Below are positions 1-11,282 of a stretch of DNA of 51,916 bases, piece by piece. The number at the start of each line of letters is the position of its first letter. Position 1 is the first letter of the stretch. A program made the translations under genes and the position numbers. The stretch is taken from contig NC_057718.1 of the NCBI RefSeq assembly GCF_004010195.1, forward strand, positions 14,525,578-14,577,493, given 5' to 3'. The notes under the pieces were generated by a model. That model saw only the letters and a list, made by a program, of their open reading frames with translations, was not told where the DNA came from and did no database searches. The stretch comes from Chiloscyllium plagiosum. Lineage: Eukaryota.

Positions 1-1690
1 CTCTCGTTATCTCATTTCTGAAGGTTTCCCATTTTCCAGCCGTCCCTTTACCTGCGAACATCTGCCCCCAATGAGCTTTTGAAAGTTCTTGCCTAATACC
101 GTCAAAATTGGCTTTTCTCCCATTTAGAACTTCAACTTTTAGATCTGGTCTATCCTTTTCCATCACTGTTTTAAAACTAATAAAATTATGGTCGCTGGCC
201 CCAAAGTGCTCCCCCCACTGACACCTCAGGCACTTGCCCTGCCTTATTTCCCTAGAGTAGGTCAAGTTTTGCACCTTCAATAATAGGTATATCCTCATAC
301 TGAATCAGAAAGTTTTCTTGGACACAGTTAACAATTTCCTCTCCACCTGAACGCTTAACACTATGGCAGTCTCAGTCTATGTTTGTAAAGTTAAATTCCC
401 CTACTATAACCACCCTATTATTCTTACAGATAGCTGAGATCTCCTTACAAATTTGTTTCTCAATTTCCCTCTAACTATTAGGGGGTCTATAATACAATCC
501 CAATAAGGTGATCATTCCTTTTTTATTTCTCAGTTCCACCCAAGTAACTTCCCTGGATGTATTTCCGGGAATATCCTCTCTCATTACAGCTGTAGCGCTA
601 TCCGTTATCAAAAATGCCAACCCCCTCCTCTCTTGCCTCCCTTTCTATCCTTCCTGTAACATTTGTATCCTGGAACATTAAGCTGACAGTCCTGTCCATC
701 CCTGAGCCATGTTTATGTAATTGCTATAATATCCCAGTCCCATGTTCCTAACCATGCCCTAACTGGGATAGCCACAGAAGACTCCTGCACTCTCTGCCTA
801 CCTCTCTTACCTTTCCTGGAGTTAACCCATCTATGTGACTCTGTCTGCAACTTTGACCCTCCCTATAATTGCCATCCATCACAACCCCCTGCTCTTGTAA
901 ATTCCTCATTGCCTCCAACTGTCTCTCCAACTGATCCATTTGATCTGATAGAATTCGCAACCAATGGCATTTATTGCAGATTTAATTCGGAGTCATACGT
1001 AAACTCTCCCTAAACTCCCACATCCAACAAGAAGAGCATATCACTCTACTCAAGCCCATTTTTGCTCCTTCACAATCTACAGACCCAGAAAATAGCACTG
1101 TCTTATCTATCTACAAAACACTGCTCCAGGCTAACCTAATACTAATGACTTATATTTTAAGTTTAATCAAGAGACATATCTCAATAAAACATCCAATCAA
1201 GAAAGAACACACTTCACTCACGACTGCAGACTTACTGTGAGGCCATGCTTAACTATTCACTTATCTGTTTCTGTGCTATGACCTCTCCCAAACAGGTTCC
1301 TCCAAGATTAGTTGTGAATTTCACTGTTTGTTAATTTACCCAGACCCACTCCGATGTCTAGTAATACATGAATTCAAACAGCAAAGGCAGTAACTGTGTA
1401 GGTACACTGCTGTGTCAGTTAGCAGTGTAGGTTTCTTTTTCTCTTTCTCACTCTCTTGCACTGACCTCACCATAGGCTTCCTTTGTCTGTTCATCTCCCT
1501 TCTAAAACTGCTGTTGCTTTGAGTTTTTTTTTCTCCAAAGTTCCAAAACAATGCAACAGCATACAAAACAGTAATTGCTGCTCCTGGAATTCGAGGAAAT
1601 CACCTCCAACACCTAAAATACCTCAAAAAAGGAGCAGCTTGTTACAGCCAGAAATCTTTCCTGTCCTCCATCTTGAATTACCCAGAATCC
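1..1690 (-). mobile_element. CR1/HER1-type LINE, 5' part: 5'UTR, ORF1 N-terminus and ORF2 APE endonuclease, internally deleted
   Basis: Minus strand from 1059 reads MGLSRVICSSCWMWEF...ICNKCHWLRILSDQMDQLERQLEAMR (CxxC...CxxC plus coiled coil, typical of CR1 ORF1). From ~761 it reads RAWLGTWDWDIIAIT*TWLRDGQDCQLNVPGYKCYRKDR (APE endonuclease start). Runs off the window start. Confidence 0.85.
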
Positions 1691-1805
1691 TTATTATGAC
1701 CCAAAATCATTACCACTTTCTGGGACATAGCCAATAGCTCTTTTAAACCTATCTTTCATCCCAAAATGTGCACCATTACCATTCCTCATTTGCCTTGCAG
1801 CACGA

Positions 1806-2125
1806 CATAGAATTCCTACAGTGTGGAAACACATCATTTGGCCCAACAAATCCACACTGACCCTCCAAAGAGTATCCCACCCTGACCCATTCCCCTATTA
1901 CTCGACATTTCCCCTGACTTATACACCTTACCTACAAATCCATGAACACTATGGGCAATTTAGCATGGCCAACTCGCCCAACCGCACATCTTCGGATTGT
2001 GGAAGAAAAGTGGAGCACCTGGCAGGAACTCACACAAACACAGGGAGACAGTCTCCTAAGGGTGGAATTGAACCCAGATCCCTGACGCTGTGAAGCAGCA
2101 GTGCTAACCACTCAGCCACTGCACC
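1806..2125 (-). mobile_element. HE1-type tRNA-derived SINE
   Basis: Minus-strand head gtggctgagtggttagcactgctgcttcacagcgtcagggatctgggttcaattcc (A/B boxes), central ttggccatgctaaattgccc core, and tail ending in ccacactgtagg shared with HER1 LINE 3' ends. Confidence 0.85.
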
Positions 2126-3139
2126 TCTCTAAACCATTGAGCATATAACGCTGCCCTCCAACCTGTCACAGATATTCGCTTTCCTCCTTTCCCAGTCTAT
2201 ACTGGTTGAAATTCTACTCCATCTCTTAACTTCTTCCAGTTTGGAGGTCAGTGGCTCTAAACTTTGACTGTTTTTCTGTTTCTCCATATATGCTGTCTAG
2301 CCTGTTTGCAGATCCTTTCAGCACTTTCTGTGTGTCCTTTTAATATTTTTCTGAGGGATGAGAAGATTTAACACTCCTCTGGGAATGGAACACGCTGTTA
2401 TATGGGATGGGAAGGTTCAGAGGCGACAGCCAGTTGCCTTGCTAATTTCTCTGAATAAGTCCCTCTCATTTAGGAGGCCACCTTTAGCAACATCCTGTGA
2501 GTCTCGAGTTCAACCCCCGATCTGCAGTCCCTGCAGTGGCCACCACTCCAGGTGGCGCCTGGTGCCAGCAACCAGCCTCTGATTGGCCAGCAGTTCTCAG
2601 AGGTGGGAAAACTGCCTTGCAGGACCGGGGAGCTGGGGGCTGACTTGTGTGATGCCCGATTGATTCTTAACCAATTGTTGCCATGGCCCTGGTAAATGGC
2701 TGACCCACTGTCATGATCATTAAATCCGGCTCTATGTGAAGTCAAAATGTGCCCAATTCGGTAGAAAAGGGATTCCATTGTAAACAGTGAATTTTTTGAT
2801 GCTGACTGCAAGAATTTTCCAGACACCACATCGAAAACAAAAGCCAGACTGTCTACTTGAAAACTGTATGGGTGGCCATCATACCTGGAAGCATTTGACA
2901 TTGGCTTGCTAATATCCCCTCACTCTCCTACAATGACAGCCCTCATCTTCAATTTCAATTAAAAAATGCTTTAAAAATGTGACCGTGTCAAATGCTTTTC
3001 CGACATGCACTTGGAACAGAACAATATTTCTAACTGAAGCTGGTTAACAGGATGTCGTTTACTCAGCAACAAACTCATGGGGTGGAGGGCATTGAGACTT
3101 TAGCTCGGGTCAGGAGCATTCATTACACGGGAAAACCAC

Positions 3140-3965
3140 CTCACAGCTCACTGGGGAATCGTGACCTAAGTGTTCAGGTACATAATTCTTTGAAATTTGT
3201 GTCACAAGCAGACAGGGCTGTTAAGAAGGTGTTTAGCATGCTCGCCTTCATTGCTCAGACCTTTGAGTATAGGAGTTAGCACATCTTGCTGAGGTTGTAC
3301 AGGACATTGATGTGGCCTCTTCAGGAATACTACGTATAGTTCTAGTTGGCCAACTGTAAGAAGGATATTATGATGAAGGAGCGTCGCTCTGAAAGCTAGT
3401 GTGCTTCCAATTAAACCCTTTGGACTATAACCTGGTGTTGTGTGATTTTTAACATTATTAAACTGGATAGGGTTCAGAAACGATTCACCAGAATGCTGCC
3501 AGGAATGGAGGGTTTGAGATATAGAACCTGATTGCAGAGACTGGGGCTTGTTCCACTGGAGCGTAGGAGGTTGAGGGGTCACCTTATTGAAGTTTATAAA
3601 TCATGAGGGGCACACATAAGGTGAACGACAAAGGTGTCTTCCCTAGGACAGGGGAGTTTAAAACTAGGGGACATATTTTTAAGGTGAGAGGAAAAAGATT
3701 TAAAAAGGACGTGAGGGGCAACCTTTTACACAAAAAGTGGTTTGTGTGTGGAATGAACTGTCAGAGAAAGTGGTGGATGCTGGTGCAGTTCCAGCGTGAA
3801 ACAGTTACAGTTGAAAAGATATTTGGATGAGTACATGAGTAGGAAAAGTTTAGAGCGATATGGACGAGGAGCAGGCAGGTGGGACTGGTTTAGTTTGGCA
3901 TTATGTTTGGCATGGACTGGTTTGACTGAAGGGTCTGTTTCCACATTGTATGTCTCTATGGTTCA
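3140..3965 (+). mobile_element. CR1/HER1 LINE 3' fragment, interrupted by a Penelope-derived piece at 3371-3452
   Basis: Decayed ORF2 C-terminus (DLSVQVHNSLK..QADRAVKK, RFTRMLPG, LERRRLRG) followed by the gggtctgtttcc...tctatg tail. Confidence 0.85.
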
Positions 3966-4119
3966 ATAAGCAGGATGATTTGGTCACTTTGGTCAATCGA
4001 TTTCCTGGAAACTGGTTTCCACTGGAGGTGAACAATGTTTGAGTCTGTCATATCCCTATCCATCAGCTTACTGACATGTATAGCTTCGCATTTTCTCAGC
4101 AAGTCTGTGAGAGAAGACA

Positions 4120-4356
4120 CGGTAAAAACAAGGGTTGCAGATGCTGGAAACCAGATTCTAGATTAGAGTGGTGCTGGAAAAGCACAGCAGTTCAGGCAGC
4201 ATCCGAGGAGCAGTAAAATCGACGTTTCGGGCAAAAGCCCTTCATCAGGAACACCAGGAATTCCTGATGTTGGGCTTTTGCCCGAAACATCGATTTTACT
4301 GCTCCTCGGATGCTGCCTGAACTGCTGTGATTTTCCAGCACCATTCTAATCTAGAA
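4120..4356. mobile_element. Palindromic Penelope-derived element (family B) with hammerhead motifs and 14-bp TSD
   Basis: About 100-nt inverted arms centred near 4255. TSD tgtgagagaagaca at 4106-4119 and 4357-4370. Minus-strand CTGATGAagggcttttgcccGAAACGTC at 4216-4250. Confidence 0.85.
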
Positions 4357-4371
4357 TGTGAGAGAAGACAT

Positions 4372-4552
4372 AAAAACAAAAACAGAAATTGCGAGAAAAA
4401 CTCAGCAGGTCTGGCAGCATCTGTGGAGAGAAATCAGAGTTAACGTTTTGAACTGAAGAAGGGTCAATGGACTGAAAACATTAACTCTAATTTCTCTCCA
4501 CAGATACTGCCAGATCTACTGAGCTTTTCCAGCAACTTCTGGTTTTGTTTTT
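4372..4552. mobile_element. Palindromic Penelope-derived element (family C)
   Basis: Arm ctcagcaggtctggcagcatctgtggagagaa is mirrored by ttctctccacagatactgccagatctactgag. Decayed core ctgaagaagggtc...gactgaaaacattaac lies between the arms. Confidence 0.75.
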
Positions 4553-4604
4553 GATGTTCAACACGTGCAGTTCTTTCTGGTTTTATTTTGTTTTGCAGGA
4601 GAAG

Positions 4605-4945
4605 GTAATGCCACTGACTTAGTAATCCAGAGGCTGAGCAAGTGCTCTGGGACATAAATTCAAATCCACCTCAATCCACCTAATTAATAAGCTTGGCATT
4701 AAAATGATCGTCTCAGTAACGGTGGCCATAAAAATACAGTCGATTGTTGGTAAAAAAAAAACCCTGTCAGGTTTAAAAATGCTCTGCAGGGAAGGAAATC
4801 TACCATGCTTACCTGGTCTAGCCTACACATGACTCCAGATCAATAGTGGTTTAGTTGACACTTAAGTCTTCTAAAATGGCTGGGCAAGTTACTCAGTTTA
4901 AGGGTAATTAGGAATGGCCAACAAGTGATGGCTTTACCATCAAAC
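4605..4945 (+). mobile_element. tRNA-derived SINE, second family (copies also at ~12161-12452 +, 17094-17430 +, 26070-26440 +, 31120-31330 -, 31355-31680 +, 37095-37350 -, 51010-51330 +)
   Basis: Shared blocks tagtaatccagagg...ttcaaatcc, ggaaggaaatc...cttacctggtct.gcctaca.atgactccaga and the gggcaattagggatgggcaataaa tail recur in all copies. Confidence 0.75.
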
Positions 4946-5364
4946 CAAGTCTATCAAGGAGTTTAAAGAATTAACCAGTTTCAAGATATTTAGGGCTATT
5001 CCCATTGGTTGTGGCCAGCCTCGATGGGCAAAATTTCCATTCCCATTTCAAAGGTGTTTGGGGGTGTGTGGGGGGTGCCTGAACCATGTGGGCATGTCTC
5101 CCTGCCATGGCCTCACCAGCTGGGGCAGTATTTCACTGGCAACTCACGTCAATGGAGCTGTCCTGACCACCACCTGAAAAAGAGATGCCCCCACAACTTA
5201 CACCCGAATGGCCCATTTCGGGCTGATCCGGAAAACCCACTTTGCTGAGTGCGGAGGCTGTGAGGTAGCCTCTTTGGAGCAGTCCCTGTCAGAGGTTGTT
5301 GTGGCCAGACACTCCAGGCCCATCCCAAAAGGAGAATCAGGAAAATCCTCCATAAACTCCTGAT

Positions 5365-5550
5365 GACCATAAGACATAGGTGCAGACGTCGGCCACTCAG
5401 CCCATCGAGTCTGCTCCACTATTCAATGAGATCATGGCTAATCTGATAATCCTCAACTCCACTTTCCTGCCCTTTCCTCACAATTCTTGAATCCCTTAGA
5501 CAAATTTCTAATCAGCCTCAAATATACCCAACAACCAATCTCAACAACCC
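5365..5550 (-). mobile_element. CR1 LINE 3' end fragment
   Basis: ccataagacataggtgcagacgtcggccactcagcccatcgagtctgctcc is the reverse complement of a CR1 3' tail. Confidence 0.7.
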
Positions 5551-5734
5551 TCTGCAGTTGAGTCCAAATTGTCTTTGTGTCCGGCCCCTCAGATTTGATT
5601 TTAAATTTCTCTTCTGGAGGACATCCCATTGTCAACAGGCTGAATGGCCCCACTTTAATGTTTGATCCATGTTACAATGTCTCTGACTGGGCAGTGCTCC
5701 CTCAGTGCTACTTCCAGCACTAGGCTGAAGAAAT

Positions 5735-6100
5735 AGAGGTTTATAACATCATGAGGGGCATGGATTGGGTGAATAACCAAGATCTTTACCCCAGGGTTGG
5801 AGAATCCAAAACTAAAGGGTACAGGTTTAAGGTGAGAGGGGCAAGATTTAAAAGGGACCAAAGGGCTGCAGAGCAAGTGATAGAGGCAAGTACAATTATG
5901 AAACGAGCTGCAGAGCAAGTGATAGAGGCAAGTACAATTACAACATTTAAAAGACATTTGCACAGGTTCATGGACAGGTAAGGTTTAGAGATATATGGGC
6001 CAAACAATGGGAAATGGGATTAGTTCAGGTTAGGAAACCTGGCCAGTGTCAACAGGTTGGGCTGAAGGGTCTGCTCTGTGCTGTGTGACACTATGACTGA
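5735..6100 (+). mobile_element. CR1/HER1 LINE 3' fragment with a 34-bp internal duplication
   Basis: MRGMDWVNNQDLYPRVGESKTKGYRFKVRG motif and HER1 tail. Direct repeat at 5865-5898 and 5907-5940. Confidence 0.8.
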
Positions 6101-6738
6101 TCTTACAAAATCATGTTTACAATTCATACTCTTAACATTCAACATGTAAGCAAGATCAGGTTTGATATCCACACAGCATTAAAAAGTTCTGATGGTACAC
6201 AACAGCCTAGCCATTGACGCCAGAATAGATGGGCTACAATGCAGGGATGTTACTCTGACACACTAATGACTCAAGCACCTTCGACTGTGCAACCTCTAAA
6301 GTTGATGAGTGTAAGCTGTCTGCACGTTGCAAGAGGACACGAAACCATTGACATGGTGCTAAGGAAGCCAGAAAGATGGAACATACCAAGAAGGTTCCAA
6401 TAAATGTACTGTCAGGGCAGAAAGGCAATGAGATCCGAGGTCAAAAACCTCAAGCTCGTTCTCCAGATACGTTAGAAAACATGAGTTACGAGGAGGGCAG
6501 CCTGCGTTTGCCAGGCCACAGGTACATGGCCCAGACTGCAAACTGGCTCAAAGCCTGTCTTATCACTGTATCGTTATTTCTCATTGAGTCAGCACAGGAG
6601 CTTCTCAGTCATCACGCTGGCAAAATGAGTGAAAGAAATGTGCCACAGGAACGATGTGGAGGAGCCAGTGTTAGACTGGGGTGGACAAAGTTAAAAATCA
6701 CACAACACCAGGTTATAGGCCAACAGGTTTAATTGGAA

Positions 6739-6775
6739 GCACTAGCTTTCGGAGCGTCGCTCCTTCTTCAGGTGG
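6739..6775 (-). ncRNA. Minimal hammerhead ribozyme motif (family A) in the Penelope 3' pseudo-LTR
   Basis: Minus strand reads ccac-CTGAAGA-a-GGAGC-gac-GCTCC-GAA-AGCT-A-gtg. Confidence 0.78.
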
Positions 6776-7380
6776 TTGTGGAGCAGGACCCGAAGACACA
6801 GAATTTATAGCAAAAGATTACAGTGTCGTGCAATTGAAATTATATTTTGAACAAACCTGGTATTTTATTAAGTCTTCCATCTTTTAGAATGGGTTGCAGG
6901 TTTCAGTTCATTAATATGCAAATACCAGAACTTCTTTTAAGTCACCTTCTCGAGACAACATAAGGTTTTATAAAAAAAAGGTGACATCTCAGCTGAGACA
7001 ATGCATTTAAATTGTGAGGTTAGTCTGTCTGATCCCAATCTTGAGTCAGACTGGTTCTATTTCCAAAGTGCAATTTACAAAATATTACATGGATTGACTG
7101 CCTGCAGGTTTGTGCATTTTTTGAGCAAAATAGAATGTACCTGCAAATACGAATTGACCCCATAGACTTTTATGTGTGTGTGTGTGCATGAGTGAGAGAG
7201 AGAGACAGAGTGTGTGGGTGTGTGTGTGTGTGTGTGTGCACATGAAAGAAGTGAAACTATCACAGTATTCTAACAGATGAAAGGCTTAACAGACAATCAA
7301 TTTTTCAATGTATAATTTCAGTTACATCACACTATAAGTTTTTGCTATAAATTCTGTGTGTTAGGATTGAGCCCTCCACT

Positions 7381-7417
7381 ACCACCTGATGAAGGAGCGA
7401 CGCTCCGAAAGCTAGTG
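7381..7417 (+). ncRNA. Minimal type-I hammerhead ribozyme motif (family A), intact
   Basis: cac-CTGATGA-a-GGAGC-gac-GCTCC-GAA-AGCT-A-gtg: catalytic boxes, 5-bp stem II, palindromic AGCT in place of stem III, and CAC/GTG stem I. Lies in an extra pseudo-LTR piece at ~7250-7508. Confidence 0.8.
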
Positions 7418-7587
7418 TGCTTCCAATTAAACCTGTTGGACTATAACCTGGTTTTGTGTGATTTTTAACTTTGTACACCCCAGTCCAACACCGGCATCTC
7501 CAAATCATGTGAGAGAGAGTGTGTGTGTGAGAGAGAGAGAGAGTGAGAGAGTATATCTTCTAGTGGGGTCACCTGTAGTGTGACTTT

Positions 7588-7881
7588 TTAGATTAGATTC
7601 CCTCCAGTGTGGAAACAGGCCCTTCGGCCCAACCAGTCCACACCGACCCTCCGAAGAGTAACCCACCCAGACCCATTTCCCTAACACTATGGGCAATTTA
7701 GCATGGCCAATTCACCTGACCTGCACATCTTTGTGACTGTGGGAGGAAACCGAAGCACCCGGAGGAAACCCACGCAGACACGGGGAGAATGTGCAAACTC
7801 CACACAGATAGTTGCCCGAGGCTGGAATGGAACTTGGGACCCTGGTGCTGTGAGGCAGCAGTGCTAACCACCGTGCCACCC
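7588..7881 (-). mobile_element. HE1-type SINE nested in the Penelope element
   Basis: Near-complete head-core-tail with a (TCTAA)n terminus, interrupting the 3' end of the Penelope ORF. Confidence 0.88.
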
Positions 7882-8326
7882 CACCCAAAGTCCCAGTTGA
7901 CGCCATTCCCATGGGTATCAGTCTCTGCTCGGCCACTTTGCATTGTTGCCTATCCTGAAGTCCGCTTTGGAGGATGGTCACCCAAAGATCCAAGGCCGAA
8001 TGTCCCTTACCACTGAAGTGTTCCCCGAAAGGGAGGGAACACCCCCGACTCATGATTGTTGCACAGTGTCCATTGATCCATTGTCATAGCATCTGCTTGG
8101 TCTCACCAATATACAATGCTTGGGGGCATCCTGGCCTGCAGTGTATGAGATAGACAACATTGGCCGAGTCACATGAGCACCTGCTGTGTACACGGTAGAT
8201 TGTATCCCTACAGGTAATGGTGGTATCCATGTCTGATACGTCTTGCAGTGGTTGCCATGACAGAGTTATATGGTGTTGTGCTCGATGTTGTCCTGAGGGC
8301 TGGGTTGTTAGCAGCGAACAATCTGA

Positions 8327-8530
8327 TGAAAGTGAGGACTGCAGATCCTGGAGATCAGAGTCGAGGGTGTGGTGCTGGAAAAGCACAGCAGGTTAGGCAG
8401 CATCCGAGGAGCAGGAAAATTGATGTTTCAGGAAAAAGCTCTTCATCACCAATTCTGATGAACATCGATTTTCCTGCTTCTCAGATGCTGCCTGACCTGC
8501 TGTGCTTTTCCAGCACCACACTCTCGACCC
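8327..8530. mobile_element. Palindromic Penelope-derived element (family B) nested in the Penelope ORF
   Basis: Inverted arms gtggtgctggaaaagcacagcagg / cctgctgtgcttttccagcaccac. The flanks share cgaacaa (decayed TSD). Confidence 0.8.
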
Positions 8531-10529
8531 TGCTTCGAACAACCGTCTGTTTAAAGTTTGGTGGTTGTTTAAAGGCGAGAACTGGAGGCGTAGGGAATGT
8601 CTTGGTGAACTGTTCATCCTCGTCGATAATGTGATGCAGGCTGAGAAGAACATGGCATAGCTTTTCGGCTCCTGGGAAGTCCTGGACAATGAGGGGTACC
8701 CTTTCGGTTGCAACCTGTGCCTGTCTCCTGAGGAGGTCATTCCGGCTCCTCGCTGTGGCACGTCAGAACTGGCAATCAATGACTTGAGCATCGTACCCTG
8801 TTCTTATAAGGGCATCCTTGAGCACCTTCAGGTGTCCGTCACGATCCTCCTCATCTGAACAGATCTTGTGTATGCATAGGGCTTGTCTGGAAAGGATGGC
8901 TTAATATATTTAGGGTGGAATCTAGAGAGGTTGTCCATGGGATTGCAGTAGAGTGAAGAACTGAGGTGCCCATCCTTGTTGGAGATGCATGTGTCCAAGA
9001 ATGAGACAGATAGGAGAGAGTGTTCAAGGTGAGTTTGATGGTGGGATGAAACTCGTTGATATCACTGTGTCGTTGTTTCAGTGTCTCCCCGCCATGGGTC
9101 CAGAGGAAGAAAATGTTGTCAATGTACCTGGTGTATTGTGTTGGATGGAGATCCTGCATAGAGAAGAAGTCTTTTTCAAACCTGTGCATGAAGATGTTGG
9201 CATATTGGGGTGCAACTTTGGTCCCCATGGCTGTTCCGTGTGTCTGGATGAAGAACTGGTTGTCAAAGGTGAAGACATTGTGATCGAGGATAAAGTGAAT
9301 GAGTGGTAGGACGGTGTTTGGAGACTGGCAGTTGTTGGTGTTGAGTACTGAGGCTGTTGCCGCGATGCCATCATTGCGGGGGTTGCTGGTGTAGAGTGCG
9401 GAAATGTCCATTGTGACAAAGAATGTTCCCGGTTCGACTGGTCCTTCGGTGCTGAGTTTCTGTAAGAAATATGTAGTATTGCGACAGAAGCTGGGGGTCC
9501 CCTGTACAATGGGTTTCAAGATGCCTTCGACATAGCCAGAGAGGTTCTCACACAGGGTCCCATTGCCTGATATGTTGGGACGTCTTGGGGTGTTGGCTTT
9601 GTGTATCTTCAAGGCGGTAGAAGTCGCCTACGTGAGAAATACATGGGATGAGAGCGTGGAGGGAACCCTGAAGAACTGGATCCAAAGTCCCGATCAATGT
9701 GTTTAGTTCACGGGTGTGCTCTTTGGTCAGATCAGCCAGTAGTTGCCTGTAGTGTTCCTGGTTGTTCAGTTGTAGGTACAGTTCCTTGCAGTAATCTGTT
9801 CTATTCTGAATGACGATGGCCCCTCCTTCATCTGCTGGTTTGATGACAATGTTGTGATTGGCTTTGAGAGCATGGATCACCCTTGTGATCGGGTGATGTT
9901 TTGGGTGTGGCTGATGAATCTGGAAATTACTCAATTCCTGACATTTCCAGCATACCTGCCAAACCCAGGGCAACAGCCCTCCGGTGGGGTCCAAATTGAC
10001 TCCTTCTTTTGTCGCTCCACTATGGATCTCTGATGACTGTTCCGGTTCATCAGTTAGCTCATTGGGATCACTGCTGACATCTTGGAAGAATTCCCAGACT
10101 CTCGTTCGTCTGATGAATACCTCCTTTGGTGCATTGTCTGAGCTGAGATATCATCTTTTGTTATAAACCTTAAGTTATCTTGAGAAGGTGACTTAAAAGA
10201 AGTTCTGGGATTTACATATTAATGACAATAAACCGGCAACCCATTCTAAAAGACGAAAGACAATAAAATTCCAGGTTTGTTCAAAATATCATTTCAGTTG
10301 CATGACATTGTACCCTTTTCTCTTATTGTCCTGCTCCACAACTACCTGATGAAGGAACAGTGTTCTGAAAACTACTGCTTCCGAGTAAACCAGGTGGACT
10401 TTAATCTGGTGTTGTGTGACTTTTAACTTTGTATCACAGGAAGCCTACCTTTAAAAGTGGGTTCTGGAAGCCTGACTAAGGAGACGGCAATGATAAATGT
10501 GAGGTGTTGAATTATGGAGAAGGCAAATC

Positions 10530-11282
10530 AGAGCAGGACTTACACACTTAATGTTAGGTCCTGGGGAGTGTTGCTGAACAAAGAGACCTTGGAGCGTAGG
10601 TTCATAGCTTCTTGAAAGTGGAGTCGCAGGTAGATAGGACAATGAAGAAGGCATTTGGAATGTTTTCCTTTATTGGGAACAGCATTGAGCACAGGAGTTG
10701 GGAGGTCATGTTGTGGCTGTACAGGACATAGGTTAGGCTACTGTTGGAATATTGTGTGCAATTCTGGTCTCCTTCCTATCAGAAAGGATGTTGTGAAACT
10801 TGAAAGGGTTCAGAAAAGATTTACAAGGATGTTGTCAGGGTTGGAGGATTTGAGCTATAGGGAGAGGTCGAAAAGGCTGGGGCTGTTTTCCCTGGAGCGC
10901 CGGAGGCTGAAAACGTTTATAAAATCATGAGGGGCATGGATAGGGGGTAAATAGACAAGGTATTTTTCCTGGGGTGGGCAAGTCCAGAACTAGAGGGCAT
11001 TGGTTCAGGGTGAGAGGGGAAAGATATAAAAGGGACCTAAGGGACAGCTTTTTCACGCAGAGGGTGGTTGTGTATGGAATGAGCAGCCAGAGGAAGTGGT
11101 GGAGGCTGGTACAATTGCAACATTTAAGAGGCATCTGGATGGGTATATGAATAGGCAGGTTTAGAGGGATATGGGCCAAGTGCTGGTAAATGGGACTAGA
11201 TTAGGTTCCGATATCTGGTTGGCATGGACAAATTGAATCAAAGGGTCTGTTTCCGTGCTGTACATCTCTTTGACTCTATGAC
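10530..11282 (+). mobile_element. CR1/HER1 LINE 3' fragment
   Basis: RKDVVKLERVQKRFTRMLSGLEDLSYRER and tail gggtctgtttccgtgctgtacatctctttgactctatgac. Confidence 0.9.

Larger units (their letters stand above)
6652..10429 (-). mobile_element. Penelope-like element (RT + GIY-YIG endonuclease) with inverted pseudo-LTR, decayed
   Basis: RT motifs IVIKPADEGGAIVI, KIHKANTPRRPNISG, MDISALYT, QTHGTAMGTKVAPQYANIFM, RYIDNIFFLW (8851-9994). GIY-YIG segment CDSANVVYLIHC...LYIGETKQ (~8084-8230). Terminal repeat 6652-7010 recurs inverted at ~10130-10429. Imperfect 13-bp TSD tgtgccacaggaa (6639-6651) / tgtatcacaggaa (10430-10442). Confidence 0.9.

Noticed and set aside
2050..2125. tRNA genes at A/B-box sequences
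   Set aside because: These are SINE heads followed by SINE bodies; no complete cloverleaf.
2470..2901. 143-aa minus ORF (also 14210-14620, 11161-11667, 42143-42604)
   Set aside because: No recognisable domains or splice context; consistent with chance ORFs or antisense readings of TE sequence.
4150..4356. miRNA precursors, CRISPR repeats or DNA-transposon MITEs for the long hairpins
   Set aside because: Dispersed eukaryotic repeats whose arms match Penelope termini, with long variable TSDs and no spacer array.
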